Assembly: GCF_001194135.2 (NCBI RefSeq)
Contig: NC_069003.1
Span: forward strand, 18,143,760-18,186,937
Direction of reading: 5' to 3'
Length of the DNA stretch: 43,178 bases
DNA from: Octopus bimaculoides
Taxonomy: Eukaryota
Both the position numbers and the translations under genes were made by a program. Positions 11,406 to 22,744 of the stretch are shown one piece after another. Within the stretch, counting starts at the first letter, position 1. Every line of letters begins with the position of its first letter. A model generated the notes under the pieces. It worked only from the letters and a program-made list of their open reading frames with translations. It searched no databases and was not told where the DNA came from.

Positions 11406-12261
11406 TATAGGTACAGGTATGGCTGTGTGCTNNNNNNNNNNNNNNNNNNNNNNNNNNNNNNNNNNNNNNNNNNNNNNNNNNNNNNNNNNNNNNNNNNNNN
11501 NNNNNNNNNNNNNNNNNNNNNNNNNNNNNNNNNNNNNNNNNNNNNNNNNNNNNNNNNNNNNNNNNNNNNNNNNNNNNNNNNNNNNNNNNNNNNNNNNNNN
11601 NNNNNNNNNNNNNNNNNNNNNNNNNNNNNNNNNNNNNNNNNNNNNNNNNNNNNNNNNNNNNNNNNNNNNNNNNNNNNNNNNNNNNNNNNNNNNNNNNNNN
11701 NNNNNNNNNNNNNNNNNNNNNNNNNNNNNNNNNNNNNNNNNNNNNNNNNNNNNNNNNNNNNNNNNNNNNNNNNNNNNNNNNNNNNNNNNNNNNNNNNNNN
11801 NNNNNNNNNNNNNNNNNNNNNNNNNNNNNNNNNNNNNNNNNNNNNNNNNNNNNNNNNNNNNNNNNNNNNNNNNNNNNNNNNNNNNNNNNNNNNNNNNNNN
11901 NNNNNNNNNNNNNNNNNNNNNNNNNNNNNNNNNNNNNNNNNNNNNNNNNNNNNNNNNNNNNNNNNNNNNNNNNNNNNNNNNNNNNNNNNNNNNNNNNNNN
12001 NNNNNNNNNNNNNNNNNNNNNNNNNNNNNNNNNNNNNNNNNNNNNNNNNNNNNNNNNNNNNNNNNNNNNNNNNNNNNNNNNNNNNNNNNNNNNNNNNNNN
12101 NNNNNNNNNNNNNNNNNNNNNNNNNNNNNNNNNNNNNNNNNNNNNNNNNNNNNNNNNNNNNNNNNNNNNNNNNNNNNNNNNNNNNNNNNNNNNNNNNNNN
12201 NNNNNNNNNNNNNNNNNNNNNNNNNNNNNNNNNNNNNNNNNNNNNNNNNNNNNNNNNNNNN

Positions 12262-12348
<87 letters not shown>

Positions 12349-12560
12349 CATATATGTATATATAGCTATAAATGTATTCATGCATATAATTATGAATGCA
12401 TGCATGTATATATATATGTGTATATCTATATATATGAGAATTATGTAAATTTACCATAATGAGCATAATGAGATATATTTATATATAATTTAGTTCATAT
12501 GCCATATAGATTTTTACATAATTCTTTTCACATCATACATATATATATTATTTCTTTGTA

Positions 12561-12660
12561 GGTGGCTGTGTGGTAAGAAGCTTGGTTCCCAACCACATGG
12601 TTTTGTGTTCAGTTCCACTGTATGGCACCTTGGGCAAGTGTCTTCTACTTTCTAGTATAG
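12561..12660 (+). mobile_element. SINE family A tRNA head
   Basis: GTGGCTGTGTGGTAAGAAGCTT...GTTCAGTTCCACTG...CCTTGGGCAAGTG. Confidence 0.8.
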
Positions 12661-12710
12661 CCTTATATATACATATAAATATATGTATGTACACACACAC
12701 ACACACACAC

Positions 12711-12900
12711 ATATAGGGAGAATTCACAAACAAACAAAAGACGAAGACAGGTGGTATAGACAACAAACAGATGTATTAGTTTAACGCTCGGGAAGTGAAA
12801 AAGTCTTAAATGTTTTGAGCCTACGCTCTTTCACAGAAAGGAACACAGAAAGAAACAAGGAGAGAAAATAAAGAATGTGTAGTGGCTAGCACTCTATCAT
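12711..12900 (-). mobile_element. Probable PLE pLTR relic with degenerate hammerhead-like hairpin
   Basis: Minus strand: CTGTGAAA-GAGC gtag GCTC-AAAAC; helix II intact, core strings mutated. Confidence 0.35.
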
Positions 12901-13227
12901 GTATGTATATAACCCCTGCGGAAAGTTATTAGACTTGAAATGTTGATACTAAATTATGGTTTTATGAAAAATAAAATATCTATCTATCTGTCCGTCCGTC
13001 CGTCCGTCCGTCTATCTGTCTGTCTGTCTGTCCATCCGTCTATCTAACTATCTATCTATCTATCTATCTATCTATCAATCAAAGTGTACAGTATTATATA
13101 TCCGTTATAGCTAATCTTACCAATCAGTTTTACTAGGAGTTCAACAGTGTTAGGTAACAGTTGGATTATGTAACCCTATTCTCTTCAGAGATGGCAGCTA
13201 TAGAATGAAATATATGCATATATAAAT

Positions 13228-13259
<32 letters not shown>

Positions 13260-13344
13260 GTATATGTACACCCACACACACACCCACACACACACACACA
13301 TATATATGTATGTATATGTGAAATGAATGCACTCAGACAACATT

Positions 13345-13630
13345 ACTTTTTTCCTTCAGGAGAACCACTCATGGCATCAAAAATATCAGAGACTTAGGAA
13401 TAATTGTTAACAACAACCTCAAACTGGAGTGTTCACACCAAGAATGAAGTTGATATGGTTTGCAAGATGAGCTTCTGGATCATCAGAACATTTTGATCCA
13501 GAGAGTCAGATGTCAGCATCCACAGTTTCTCTTCCTGTGAATGATCACACCCACACCCCTCTCTGTCCTGTGGTCTCCCCATACCAAACATAATATTATG
13601 AAAATCGAGTCACCTCAAAGAACAATTTAA
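13345..13630 (+). mobile_element. CR1/L2-group LINE RT C-terminal fragment
   Basis: SGEPLMASKNIRDLGIIVNNNL(KW)...IRTF...(W)SPYQT..I.KIES.QR, with frameshifts. Confidence 0.7.
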
Positions 13631-13728
13631 AAAATGAATAAATAAATAAAGATCTAAAATAAAATAAAATTCAAAAACTAATAAAATAAATAAATGTCAT
13701 AATTACTCTTCATCACTGGGACCACCTT

Positions 13729-13928
13729 TAATCCTTTGACATTCAGGTTACCTAGTAAAACCTAACACTTATTTATTCACATTATAGCTTCAAGACTTTG
13801 ATGATGTGATTGTTTATATTTAGAATAAAATTGTAGGATATGAATGAGAGGCCTTATCCGACCAGTTTGAATATAAAACAGGAAGAATATTTGGGTCAGA
13901 CATGGCTGGATTAAATGTTCAAGAATTA
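13729..13928. mobile_element. TTAA-flanked piggyBac-type MITE (decayed)
   Basis: Homologous to 22031-22244; TTAA at both ends. Confidence 0.6.
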
Positions 13929-14459
13929 AAACTTTGAAACTCTTCTCTTCAAAGCTGTCATGAGCATCACATCATTAACACAATGTGGATAATATAGCTC
14001 AAGCATTACCCAAAGAACCTTAACATCAAGTTTACAATTTGTCTCACCCTATTTTCCACCTACACAATTGAGGTCCCATGCTATATACCCCCTATACAAT
14101 TCAGGTTCACCACAGGAAACTACATTGCAATGCAATTACTTTTCCTCTACAGGTCCTGCTCTATTTCATACTGTCCTAAAACAGATCAAAGAAGAAAACA
14201 ATCCCATATTCCATCACCTTCAAACAATACCTGGACAAATTGCTGTGAGGGATACCAGACAAACTATCTATACCTGGATACATCTCAGTCAACAACAACT
14301 TATTTGGCTTCAAAAATGACTTAACAAATTCTCTCTGGGCCAATTCTGGCCTAAACTTACAAAATTTCCAACATTTCTAAAACTTCTACATTTCTTACAT
14401 ATACATATTTATAAATGTACGTATGTGTGGATACATACATACATACATACATAAACATG

Positions 14460-14790
14460 CTAATGTAAAGCGAAAAAGAAAACACCTATGCAGAACTATT
14501 GAGAAATCTGTAGTTACTCTATCCAGATTACAAGTTCCGGTTTATACCTGTAATTATTGGGGCCCTAGAATATGTGACACACTGCCTAAATACCAATCTT
14601 GAGAAATTAGGCTTCTCAAAACCAGAAAGGAGAGAGCTAATTCAAAGACTACAGATCTAATCCATCACTGGAACTGTAAAAATCTGTAAAACTTTCCAGA
14701 AGTTTATCATTTAAATATATATGAGCATGTCTAAATATGCATGAGAATACATACATAAAACATACATACATACATACATACATACAAACA
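14460..14790 (+). mobile_element. R4/Dong-like (RLE) LINE 3' end, copy 1
   Basis: EKENTYAELLRNL*LLYPDYKFRFIPVIIGALEYV...SITGTVKICKTF; ends in (ACAT)n. Confidence 0.75.
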
Positions 14791-14799
14791 TATCTCTTT

Positions 14800-15140
14800 G
14801 AAAATCAAAGAAAAAAAGATATCTATGGACAACTGCTTTGAAACCTCCAGTTTCTATATCCAGACTATGAATTCATATTCATACCAATAATAATTGGAGT
14901 ACTAGGTCTTGTTAGTAAATGCTTAAAGGGGAATCTGGATAAACTGGGATTTTCAGAAAGAGAAATCAACCAGCTAATTTGTACATTACAAGTGTAATAT
15001 GTGAGTGGAACAGTAAGAATATGCAAGACTTTCTCAAGTTCCAAATGTGAATTGGTCTGTGTTAACTACATCCCAAAGATCGAGCCTTGTATCTTTGTTG
15101 GAAACTGGCTCCCTCCTCGGTGGAAGATTTATAATAATTA
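14800..15140 (+). mobile_element. R4/Dong-like LINE 3' end, copy 2 (diverged subfamily)
   Basis: KIKEKKDIYGQLL*NLQFLYPDYEFIFIPIIIGVLGLV...SGTVRICKTF. Confidence 0.75.
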
Positions 15141-15193
15141 AAATACAGAAGAGACATACATACATAGTAGAAATAATTGATAAGAAGTATACA

Positions 15194-15288
15194 GTATACT
15201 GGAAACTTTATTTATCATAATGATTGTTTCGGCACATTCTGCACCACACCCTAACAGGTGGGAAACAATATAATGAATTCCAGTGTAC
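15194..15288 (-). mobile_element. Short IR-bracketed hammerhead-like relic
   Basis: 11-bp IR GTATACTGGAA / TTCCAGTGTAC; minus strand GGTGCA gaa TGTGCC-GAAAC followed by AATAAA; CUGANGA core corrupted. Confidence 0.4.
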
Positions 15289-15520
15289 CCCCGCTGTGCA
15301 GAAGCGCCTCTTCAAGTGATATAACGCAGCTTCAAGTTACATAAGTGACATTTTGCTCATAGGTTTAGCTAGATCATGTTAGTGGCAGTTGTGTCTCAAA
15401 TACATTGATGATGAAAGAAGAATGACTGCTGAATTCAGCAGCATACATATATATGTACATATATACACACATACATACAGATAATTATATACATATACCT
15501 CTTTCACTATATATGCGTGT

Positions 15521-15569
<49 letters not shown>

Positions 15570-16679
15570 ATACATACATGTATACATGTGTGTGTGTGTG
15601 TGTATGTGAGTTATTCTTGCCTGGTTTAAGGACATGTTAAATCATGTCCTTCTTTATTTAAGACAGTAGGGCATGATGTGAGAGAAACACATTTGCTATT
15701 TCTAACAGGTTGGGCAACCACATAAAGGCTTCCTTGCTGGCTTCAAAGGAGAATGTAGCATGTTGCACTTGGTAACATTGATATAAACAAGGATCAAGCC
15801 ATTGTTACCTTCTCAGAGTACTACACTCAAATAAACATCTACACTGCATCTGCTATTGCACTGGGTGACTCCAACAATACTTTTCTTTATAATATTTCTT
15901 TGTGTCTTTAACTGTACCCACCACTAAAAATAACTGCCTGGTCTTCCTCAAATCCCACCCGGTTAAGAAATGAAGTGAAGTTTGGATGATGTTGACAAGG
16001 TAAGTAGATAGGTAAGTAGACAGGTAGGTATGTAGTTAGGAAGTAGGTTGGTAGGTAGGTAGGTAGATAGTGTTATATTCTCATGCCTCCACCATTGTAG
16101 TATGGTTGAAATTGTTGACAATAGATAAAGAATACACTTTGACAGTGTCATAACAATACAAAAAGAAACAGCGGCAGTAACAAACACGCAATGAACCAAC
16201 AGTCTTTTACGAACTAACAATCAATATTTCCAACACACTAACTCAAACTGTAAACTGTACCTGGACTTTGGAGACCAAACTACAAACTGCCACTACATCA
16301 GACTGCTACTAGCGGGTTGACTTTGCCTTTCATCCTCTAGTAAAAATTTTCTTCAGATCAAGTAGCACATCCCACTCAAAAGGTTGTTTAAGGATGATGA
16401 ATGAAACACCTATATTTCCAGGGGTAAATTATTCAGACCCCAAAGGATTCCTCTCAATACATGGCTATGATGTTCTCCCACTACACCTGCTCATAATCAG
16501 AGTTGTACATATCGTCAGCCACTAAGGGACATGCTCAACTGGTTAAGGTCAAGCAACTGACAAAGAAATCTGTGGTATTGAGCAGAATATTTGCTGTAGT
16601 CCATCTTTTATACCATGACAAAACAATGTACATGATAACACTTCCAATCAATTAAGATGAGAAGCCATGCGAGCCACTG

Positions 16680-16860
16680 CAAAATGCTTAGGAAAATGCT
16701 TAGTGGAATTTTGTCCATCCTTACATTCTGAGTTCAAATTCTGCTGAGGTTGACTTTGTCTTTCATCCTTTCAGGGTTGACAAATTAAGTACTAGTTGGG
16801 CATTGGGGTTACTCCTCCCCCAAAATCACTGGCCTTGTTCCAAAATTTGAAACCATTATT
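16680..16860 (+). mobile_element. tRNA-derived SINE family B
   Basis: GAGTTCAAATTC B-box then GTTGACTTTGTCTTTCATCC...GGCCTTGTTCCAAAATTTGAAACC; (TAT/TGT)n tail. Confidence 0.8.
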
Positions 16861-18479
16861 ATTATTGTTGTTGTTGTTGTTGTTAACAACAGTCATTAGC
16901 AATAGATCAGATCTCTCTGTCTGTAGCTAGTTTGTGATTAATAAAATGAAGATTGGAACAAAATAAAAGGAACAATAAATGATTCCTACTAAATAAACAT
17001 GTGAAAGACTAGGGTATATCAGGATATTATTTCACAAGAAAGTTCCAAACATGAAAAGAAAAAACAAAAAGAGAAACAAAGAAAAATTGTCATTAACTTT
17101 GACTGCTAAAACATTTATGCTCCCTACAACCATAAAATAAAGGCATAAACATCTGTAATAGATAATAGATATGTATTTCCTACAACATGCTAGATATGTA
17201 TAGTATGTGACTTAAACAATAATGTGTACAATGTATGAACAGAGACCAAGTTATGGTTTCCCCTTCTTTAATTTTTTATAAGTTGAAATTAGTCTGCAAG
17301 GTAAGGAATGAATAAGTATTATGTCTCATGATTGACATTGTGGACAGTGTGTGTGTGTGTATTACTTGCTATATATAGTAGCAGGTAATATCATACAGTT
17401 TCATCTCTTTTGTTAATGAAGAATGAGTAACTGACGACCAACAATTCGTGAATTTGTTCTTCAGACCAACAATAGTCATTATTTATTCAAGCACCATCTT
17501 TGCTTCATTGTAATATCACTGCCCAGTCAAATCTCCCATGTTGTTCAGATTTTGTTGTAGTGTCTTTGGAGTTCTATTGCACTCCCAGCCACTGAAGTTT
17601 TATAGATACAGCTATCCTATGTGTCATTTCAGTGGCATTCAAATACAATTTCAGCATTGTTACAACACCATTTTAATGCCAGTACATAGTGCAAGCACAA
17701 CATTATTGTTGTGTCGTTGCAGTGTTGTTGCAGAAATAATCCTTATCATATCATTTGAATCTCCTCTTTTCAAAGCTTGCATGGGTCAGAAGAAGTTTAT
17801 TGAAGATTTTTTACAACTGCATACTCTTCCTGTTGATAACTTTCCAAGAAAGGTAATATTTCCCCATGGCCAGACATGTTTTTCACAGTAGATTAGAAAT
17901 GTAGACATTGCTTATATGCTTCAAAAAGCCAGTTGAACTTTGGTCTTGTGATAGACATTTTCTGATGCTTTTGCTTTATATTCTAACTTTAAATCTCATC
18001 AAGGTCAACTTCTAAGCTCTCCAAGTCTTCTGCTATAATTCCATTCTCTATTCCAGCATGGAGAGCAGATGTTAAATGATGAAATGAATGAATGAATTAT
18101 AGGAATATAAACTGGCCCTAGTACTTAAGAGGTACAATGTTTCATTGAACCTAGAAAGATGAGTAACAAATTTGATCTTGGCAGCATTTGCAGAATATAA
18201 AGGTCAACACCACTTTAAGTTTAAGTAACAGTCAAATACTGGGCTATCATTAAATTATTGGGTCAGTATCTAAACTATTAAATAAAACATATCAAACAAG
18301 AGCTATTTTTATTATGAGTGATATTCTGTTATGGTATTTCATTCATACATCAATATATGGTTGATACAATGAAGGAAACTTTGAGTGGCCATTCCACCTG
18401 TTAGTAAAAGGGTTAGGGTTAGCCAAATATTCCTCAAGTAATAAGTAAGTAACTAAGTAAAATCCTCAGATGGGGAAGC

Positions 18480-18660
18480 TGTCTTCACAACCAATGTTGC
18501 TGTGGGTGCTGTTAGATGACAGACTCTGGTGATGACATTATTCCACACTTTCTGATCTGTGGTGCTGGCCTTAGTATACTTGAGGTCACAGCACTGTGAC
18601 TTCAGGTCTTCCCCAATCTGTTTCACCCATGTTTTCTTTGGTGTGCTGTACTGGATTCAA
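18480..18660 (-). mobile_element. Old RTE-like LINE ORF C-terminal fragment
   Basis: PKKTWVKQIGEDLK...DQKVWNNVI resembles the RTE GRP..TW...I..DL...DR..W terminus. Confidence 0.5.
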
Positions 18661-18699
18661 GTAATGACCCTCATCATCTTCTAAAATGGTTGTGTAATC

Positions 18700-18890
18700 T
18701 CATGATGAAGGCAGCAAGCTGGCAGAGCCATTGCTATTTTGGACAAAATGCTTAGCAGTATTTCTTCTGGCTCTTTACATTCTGATTCCATCACAGTCAA
18801 CTTTGCTTTTCATCGCTTTGGGGTTGATAAAATAAAATACCAGTCAAGTGATTGACTTGTCTTTCCTTTCAAAAATTTCTGGCCTTGAGC
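18700..18890 (+). mobile_element. SINE family B
   Basis: GGCAGCAAGCTGGCAGAG head; CAACTTTGCTTTTCATC block. Confidence 0.7.
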
Positions 18891-19049
18891 CCTGCAGCAG
18901 ACAAGTGTCCCGTTCAGGGAGGTTGTTGTAACCTCGGTCACTTATTCACCATGGAAACCAGGTAACCAATCTTATGAGTTCTAGGGCACAAAACAAAAAA
19001 AACAAAAAATGAAAATCTTTGTGAGTATTCTGCATCTTTTATCTTTTTT

Positions 19050-19242
19050 CCTTTTATTTGTTTCAGTCATTAGACTGCGACCATGCTGGGGCACCACCTT
19101 GAAGAAGTTTTTGTCAAATGAATTGACCCTAGTACTTATTTTTTAAGTCTGGTACTTATTCTATCAGTCCCTTTGCTGAACCACTGGGACATAAACACAA
19201 CAGCACCAGTTGTCAAGCAGTGGTGGGGGACAAATACAAACA

Positions 19243-19286
<44 letters not shown>

Positions 19287-19445
19287 AGTGCGATAAACTT
19301 CTTTTAGTTTCCGCCTACGAAATCCACTCACAAGGCTTTGGTTGGCCTGAAGCTATGGTAGTAGACACTTGCTCAAAGTTCCACACAGTGGCACTGAACC
19401 CAGAACCATGTGGTTGGGAAGCAAACTTCTAAACACACAGCCATA
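19050..19445 (-). mobile_element. SINE family A, near full length, internal (CA)n
   Basis: Colinear with 33645-34032. Confidence 0.85.
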
Positions 19446-20130
19446 TTTGCATGTGGAATAAAAAAAAAAAAGAGAGTGGCCAGGGCTGAAATAAATGCCT
19501 TTTATCATAGGTTTCCTCATTTGGGACTGACCTGGGGGTAAATAAAAACAACAAAAACTACAACAACAACAGTAATGTGCTGGTTTAAAGTGATTTGTAG
19601 CCAGATAACTCTTCAAATATAAGGCTACTGAAAACCAAAATGAGTCACACAACACACAATCTGTTTCCAGTTTCTGAGAGTCACAACGTTGGACTTAGTT
19701 AATTTTTAAAACTGGACCTTTATGTTGTCATTATTCAAACAGAAAAGCTTTTATTGTTTGTGTAGTTTATACAGTAAACATGAAGGCTTTTCCTTTCTGT
19801 TGTTTCTAATTTCAAACTTGTGTACACAGTTACAGGTAGCCTGCTTCATTACTGCCATTGTCGACGTCATCACCCACCACTGATGGTTTTACTGATTAAT
19901 CGATTATTATTGTTGTTGCTGTTGTTGTTCTCTCTTCTTTCCTTCAATTAATATTCAATAGTCTTCTTCCTCTCTTTCTTTCACTCACTCTCCTCCTCTT
20001 CTTCCTACTCTCTCTCACTTTCTGTCTGTCTGTGTGAGTCTGTCTCTCTCTCTCTCATTCTCTCTCTCCCCTTCCCATCTCCATCTGTACATACATACAT
20101 ACATACATACATACAAACATACATACATAT

Positions 20131-20199
<69 letters not shown>

Positions 20200-20220
20200 C
20201 ACAAGCATATATATTTGTGA

Positions 20221-20258
<38 letters not shown>

Positions 20259-20889
20259 ACATACACACACACACTTATATGTGTTTGTATATATACGTGT
20301 GTGTGTGTGTGTGTGGATTAATGGTTGTGTATGTTATGTGTGTGCTTTACGATATGCTAATAACAAAAGCCTCCCTACAGCCAACTTGATGTTAAGCGTC
20401 GGATCAATAATAGATTATAATAGTTTTTAGTTATATACGTTCACAGCAAATAATCGATTTTTCGATCATACAGCAGTGGCTAAACTATTCAATTGAACAG
20501 CTTTCTCTTAACAATTTCCAATGAAGTTGTATATTTAGTATCGACTAAACAAGTCTAAACAAAAAAAGGGATCACGTGACTTGGTGTTACCCTCCGGGTT
20601 CTCCAATTTTATATATAAAATGTCATTTGATTACGACAATATTCAATTCAAAGTGTTCTCTTAACAAAATCCAGCGAAGTTTTTGTATTGATTCAGAAGA
20701 AGCTGAAAGATTAGCAGCAGCAAGAAAAAATTAAATAAGAAGGTGATCACATAACGGGATGATGTCACCTGGGTTCTCCAATTATCTGCATGAACAAATC
20801 ATTTGACTGCGAAGCAGTGACTGCTGTCGTAAGACTCCATGGTGTAACAGGACTAAACGTGTTGCACAACTGCATAATGTCAAATTGGT

Positions 20890-20899
<10 letters not shown>

Positions 20900-20939
<40 letters not shown>

Positions 20940-21130
20940 TATTGTTCTAGGGTCCACTTTTCTATGCCTGTATAGGTTGGGTTGAGTTTACTGAGGAAGA
21001 TTTTCTACGGTCAAGTGTCCTGCCTGTTACTAATCCACACTCTTTTTGAACAAAGTAATATTTCCCTATGGCCAGACATGATTTTTCAGAAAATTGCTTG
21101 TATGACAGTGACACACCTTTACAACAATCA
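20900..21130 (-). mobile_element. RTE-tail-like fragment with (CAT)n
   Basis: (CAT)n tail followed by sequence resembling the other RTE tails. Confidence 0.55.
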
Positions 21131-21169
21131 GGTGATGTCAAAAGAAGGAGACACAAACAATACACTCAC

Positions 21170-21355
21170 ACATATACATATGTACATGTAGATCACTGGG
21201 CTTCTTTCAGTTTCATCTCCCAAATCCACTCACATGGCTTTGTTTAGCCTGGACTTATAGTAGAAGATAGTTTTTCCAAGGTGTCACATAGTTTAACTGA
21301 ACCCAGAACCATGTGATTGAGAAGCAAACTTATTACAACTCAGCTACACCTGTGC
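21170..21355 (-). mobile_element. SINE family A 5' half
   Basis: CTTCTTTCAGTTTC, AAATCCACTCAC, GAACCCAGAACCATGTG blocks. Confidence 0.8.
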
Positions 21356-21542
21356 AAAAATTTCAGGTCCAGGCAAATTCTTTCAAGGTGGAAAATACTA
21401 TAGTTTTTTGGTTTGTTTTTTTTTGCTTCATTATTCATTAACATATTTGTTTGAAGTGCAAGCATTTCAAATATTTGCCAAAGAGCTTGATGTGGCCATA
21501 AACATATTTAAAACAAAGCTATATACATACAAATACACACAC

Positions 21543-21602
<60 letters not shown>

Positions 21603-21784
21603 TATATCATATCTTGATACTATGTGGACTAAGATCCCTGTTGACAGGCCACTGGTATTTATAGAGTGTTAAACACTTTCAGTACACAAATTAGGGACTC
21701 CTTCATAGAGTAACTGCTGCATTTGTTGAGTATATAGATAGTTTGGCTGCTTGTTCCTCTGGAGACTGTTAGAATGATGTAGAC

Positions 21785-21827
21785 GCCTCTGATGAGAACC
21801 CAGTAAGGTTTGAAAATCGATTAAGGT
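21785..21827 (+). ncRNA. Minimal type I hammerhead ribozyme (apparently intact)
   Basis: GCCT-CTGATGA-GAACC cagtaa GGTTT-GAAA-ATCGAT-TA-AGGT: helix I GCCT/AGGT, exact CUGAUGA and GAAA, 5-bp helix II, palindromic helix III AATCGATT, UUA cleavage triplet ending at 21823. Confidence 0.75.
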
Positions 21828-22030
21828 TGTTCATTATTTTTGCAGTCTGCAGAGAAATGGCTAAAATTTGCCGTTTATAATTATACCATATATTACATAT
21901 ATATACATATATATACATATATTCTATATAATCAATAATTGTTCCATTGAAATATGTCTTTCTAGAGTTAACCACAATCATCAACAAAGGAAAGATTTGA
22001 GCATGAGTTGTTGTTCTCTTTTGGTATCCA

Positions 22031-22244
22031 TTAACCCTTTAGTATTCAGATTTATCTGTCAAATGTAATGCTTATCTATTTACATTGTTTAGAATTAATC
22101 ATGTATTATCATGTAACTTCAGGGTTGTTTACTTTTAGAATGACATTGTAAGTTAGGCGTGAGGTGTCAAGTCTGGACTGTTTGAACATACAACAGGTAG
22201 AATATTCAGGCTGGATAAGAATGGTTTAAATAATAAGGGCTTAA
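22031..22244. mobile_element. TTAA-flanked piggyBac-type MITE
   Basis: TTAA-CCCTTTAG ... TAAGGG(C)-TTAA; second copy at 13729. Confidence 0.7.
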
Positions 22245-22603
22245 GATATCAAAAGTATATTGTTGCTCTTGGGTCAGTTTTCCACTTTGACTGTTTGTCT
22301 TAGTTCTTCTGTAGATTCTTGCTGGCAATGTCTGGAGATGATTAAAATGAAAGATTCTAAGTTATCTGATACAGACAACTCAGGAATAAGCAGGTAAAAC
22401 AGTGGTCAGCAAACTTCTTATGTCATTGACTCCATCATTGAATCATTGATAATTTATCAACCCCCGTCATGTAAATTTCTAAAATAAAATTAAAAAGTAT
22501 ACCTTTAATTTTTAAAAAATTTAATGAAAATACTTGATGAAATTCATAAAGAACATTAAAAATTCAGTCATATATTAATAGGGAAAGAATATTTAATATC
22601 AAT

Positions 22604-22744
22604 TGCAGCGTGGAAGGTGTTTATAAGCCATTTAAGAAACACACAAGAACCTTTAGATTCACTTCAACACTTAAATTTAATTTGCCAAAATATTTTCGTT
22701 GCTTTGAGACCATGACCTGTTCACTGACAAAATTCCGTGCTGCA
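22604..22744 (-). mobile_element. IR-bracketed mini-element with hammerhead-like fold (variant core)
   Basis: 12-bp IR TGCAGCGTGGAA / TTCCGTGCTGCA; minus strand TTGTCA-GTGAACAG-gtcat..gcaac-GAAAATATT-T-TGGCAA. Confidence 0.45.

Noticed and set aside
15960-16075. AAG|GTAAGT donor at 15998
   Set aside because: It is the start of a degenerate (GGTA)n microsatellite and has no plausible acceptor upstream.
17420-17860. 117-aa ORF / possible endonuclease relic
   Set aside because: No motif could be assigned with confidence in any frame; multiple stops on the minus strand.
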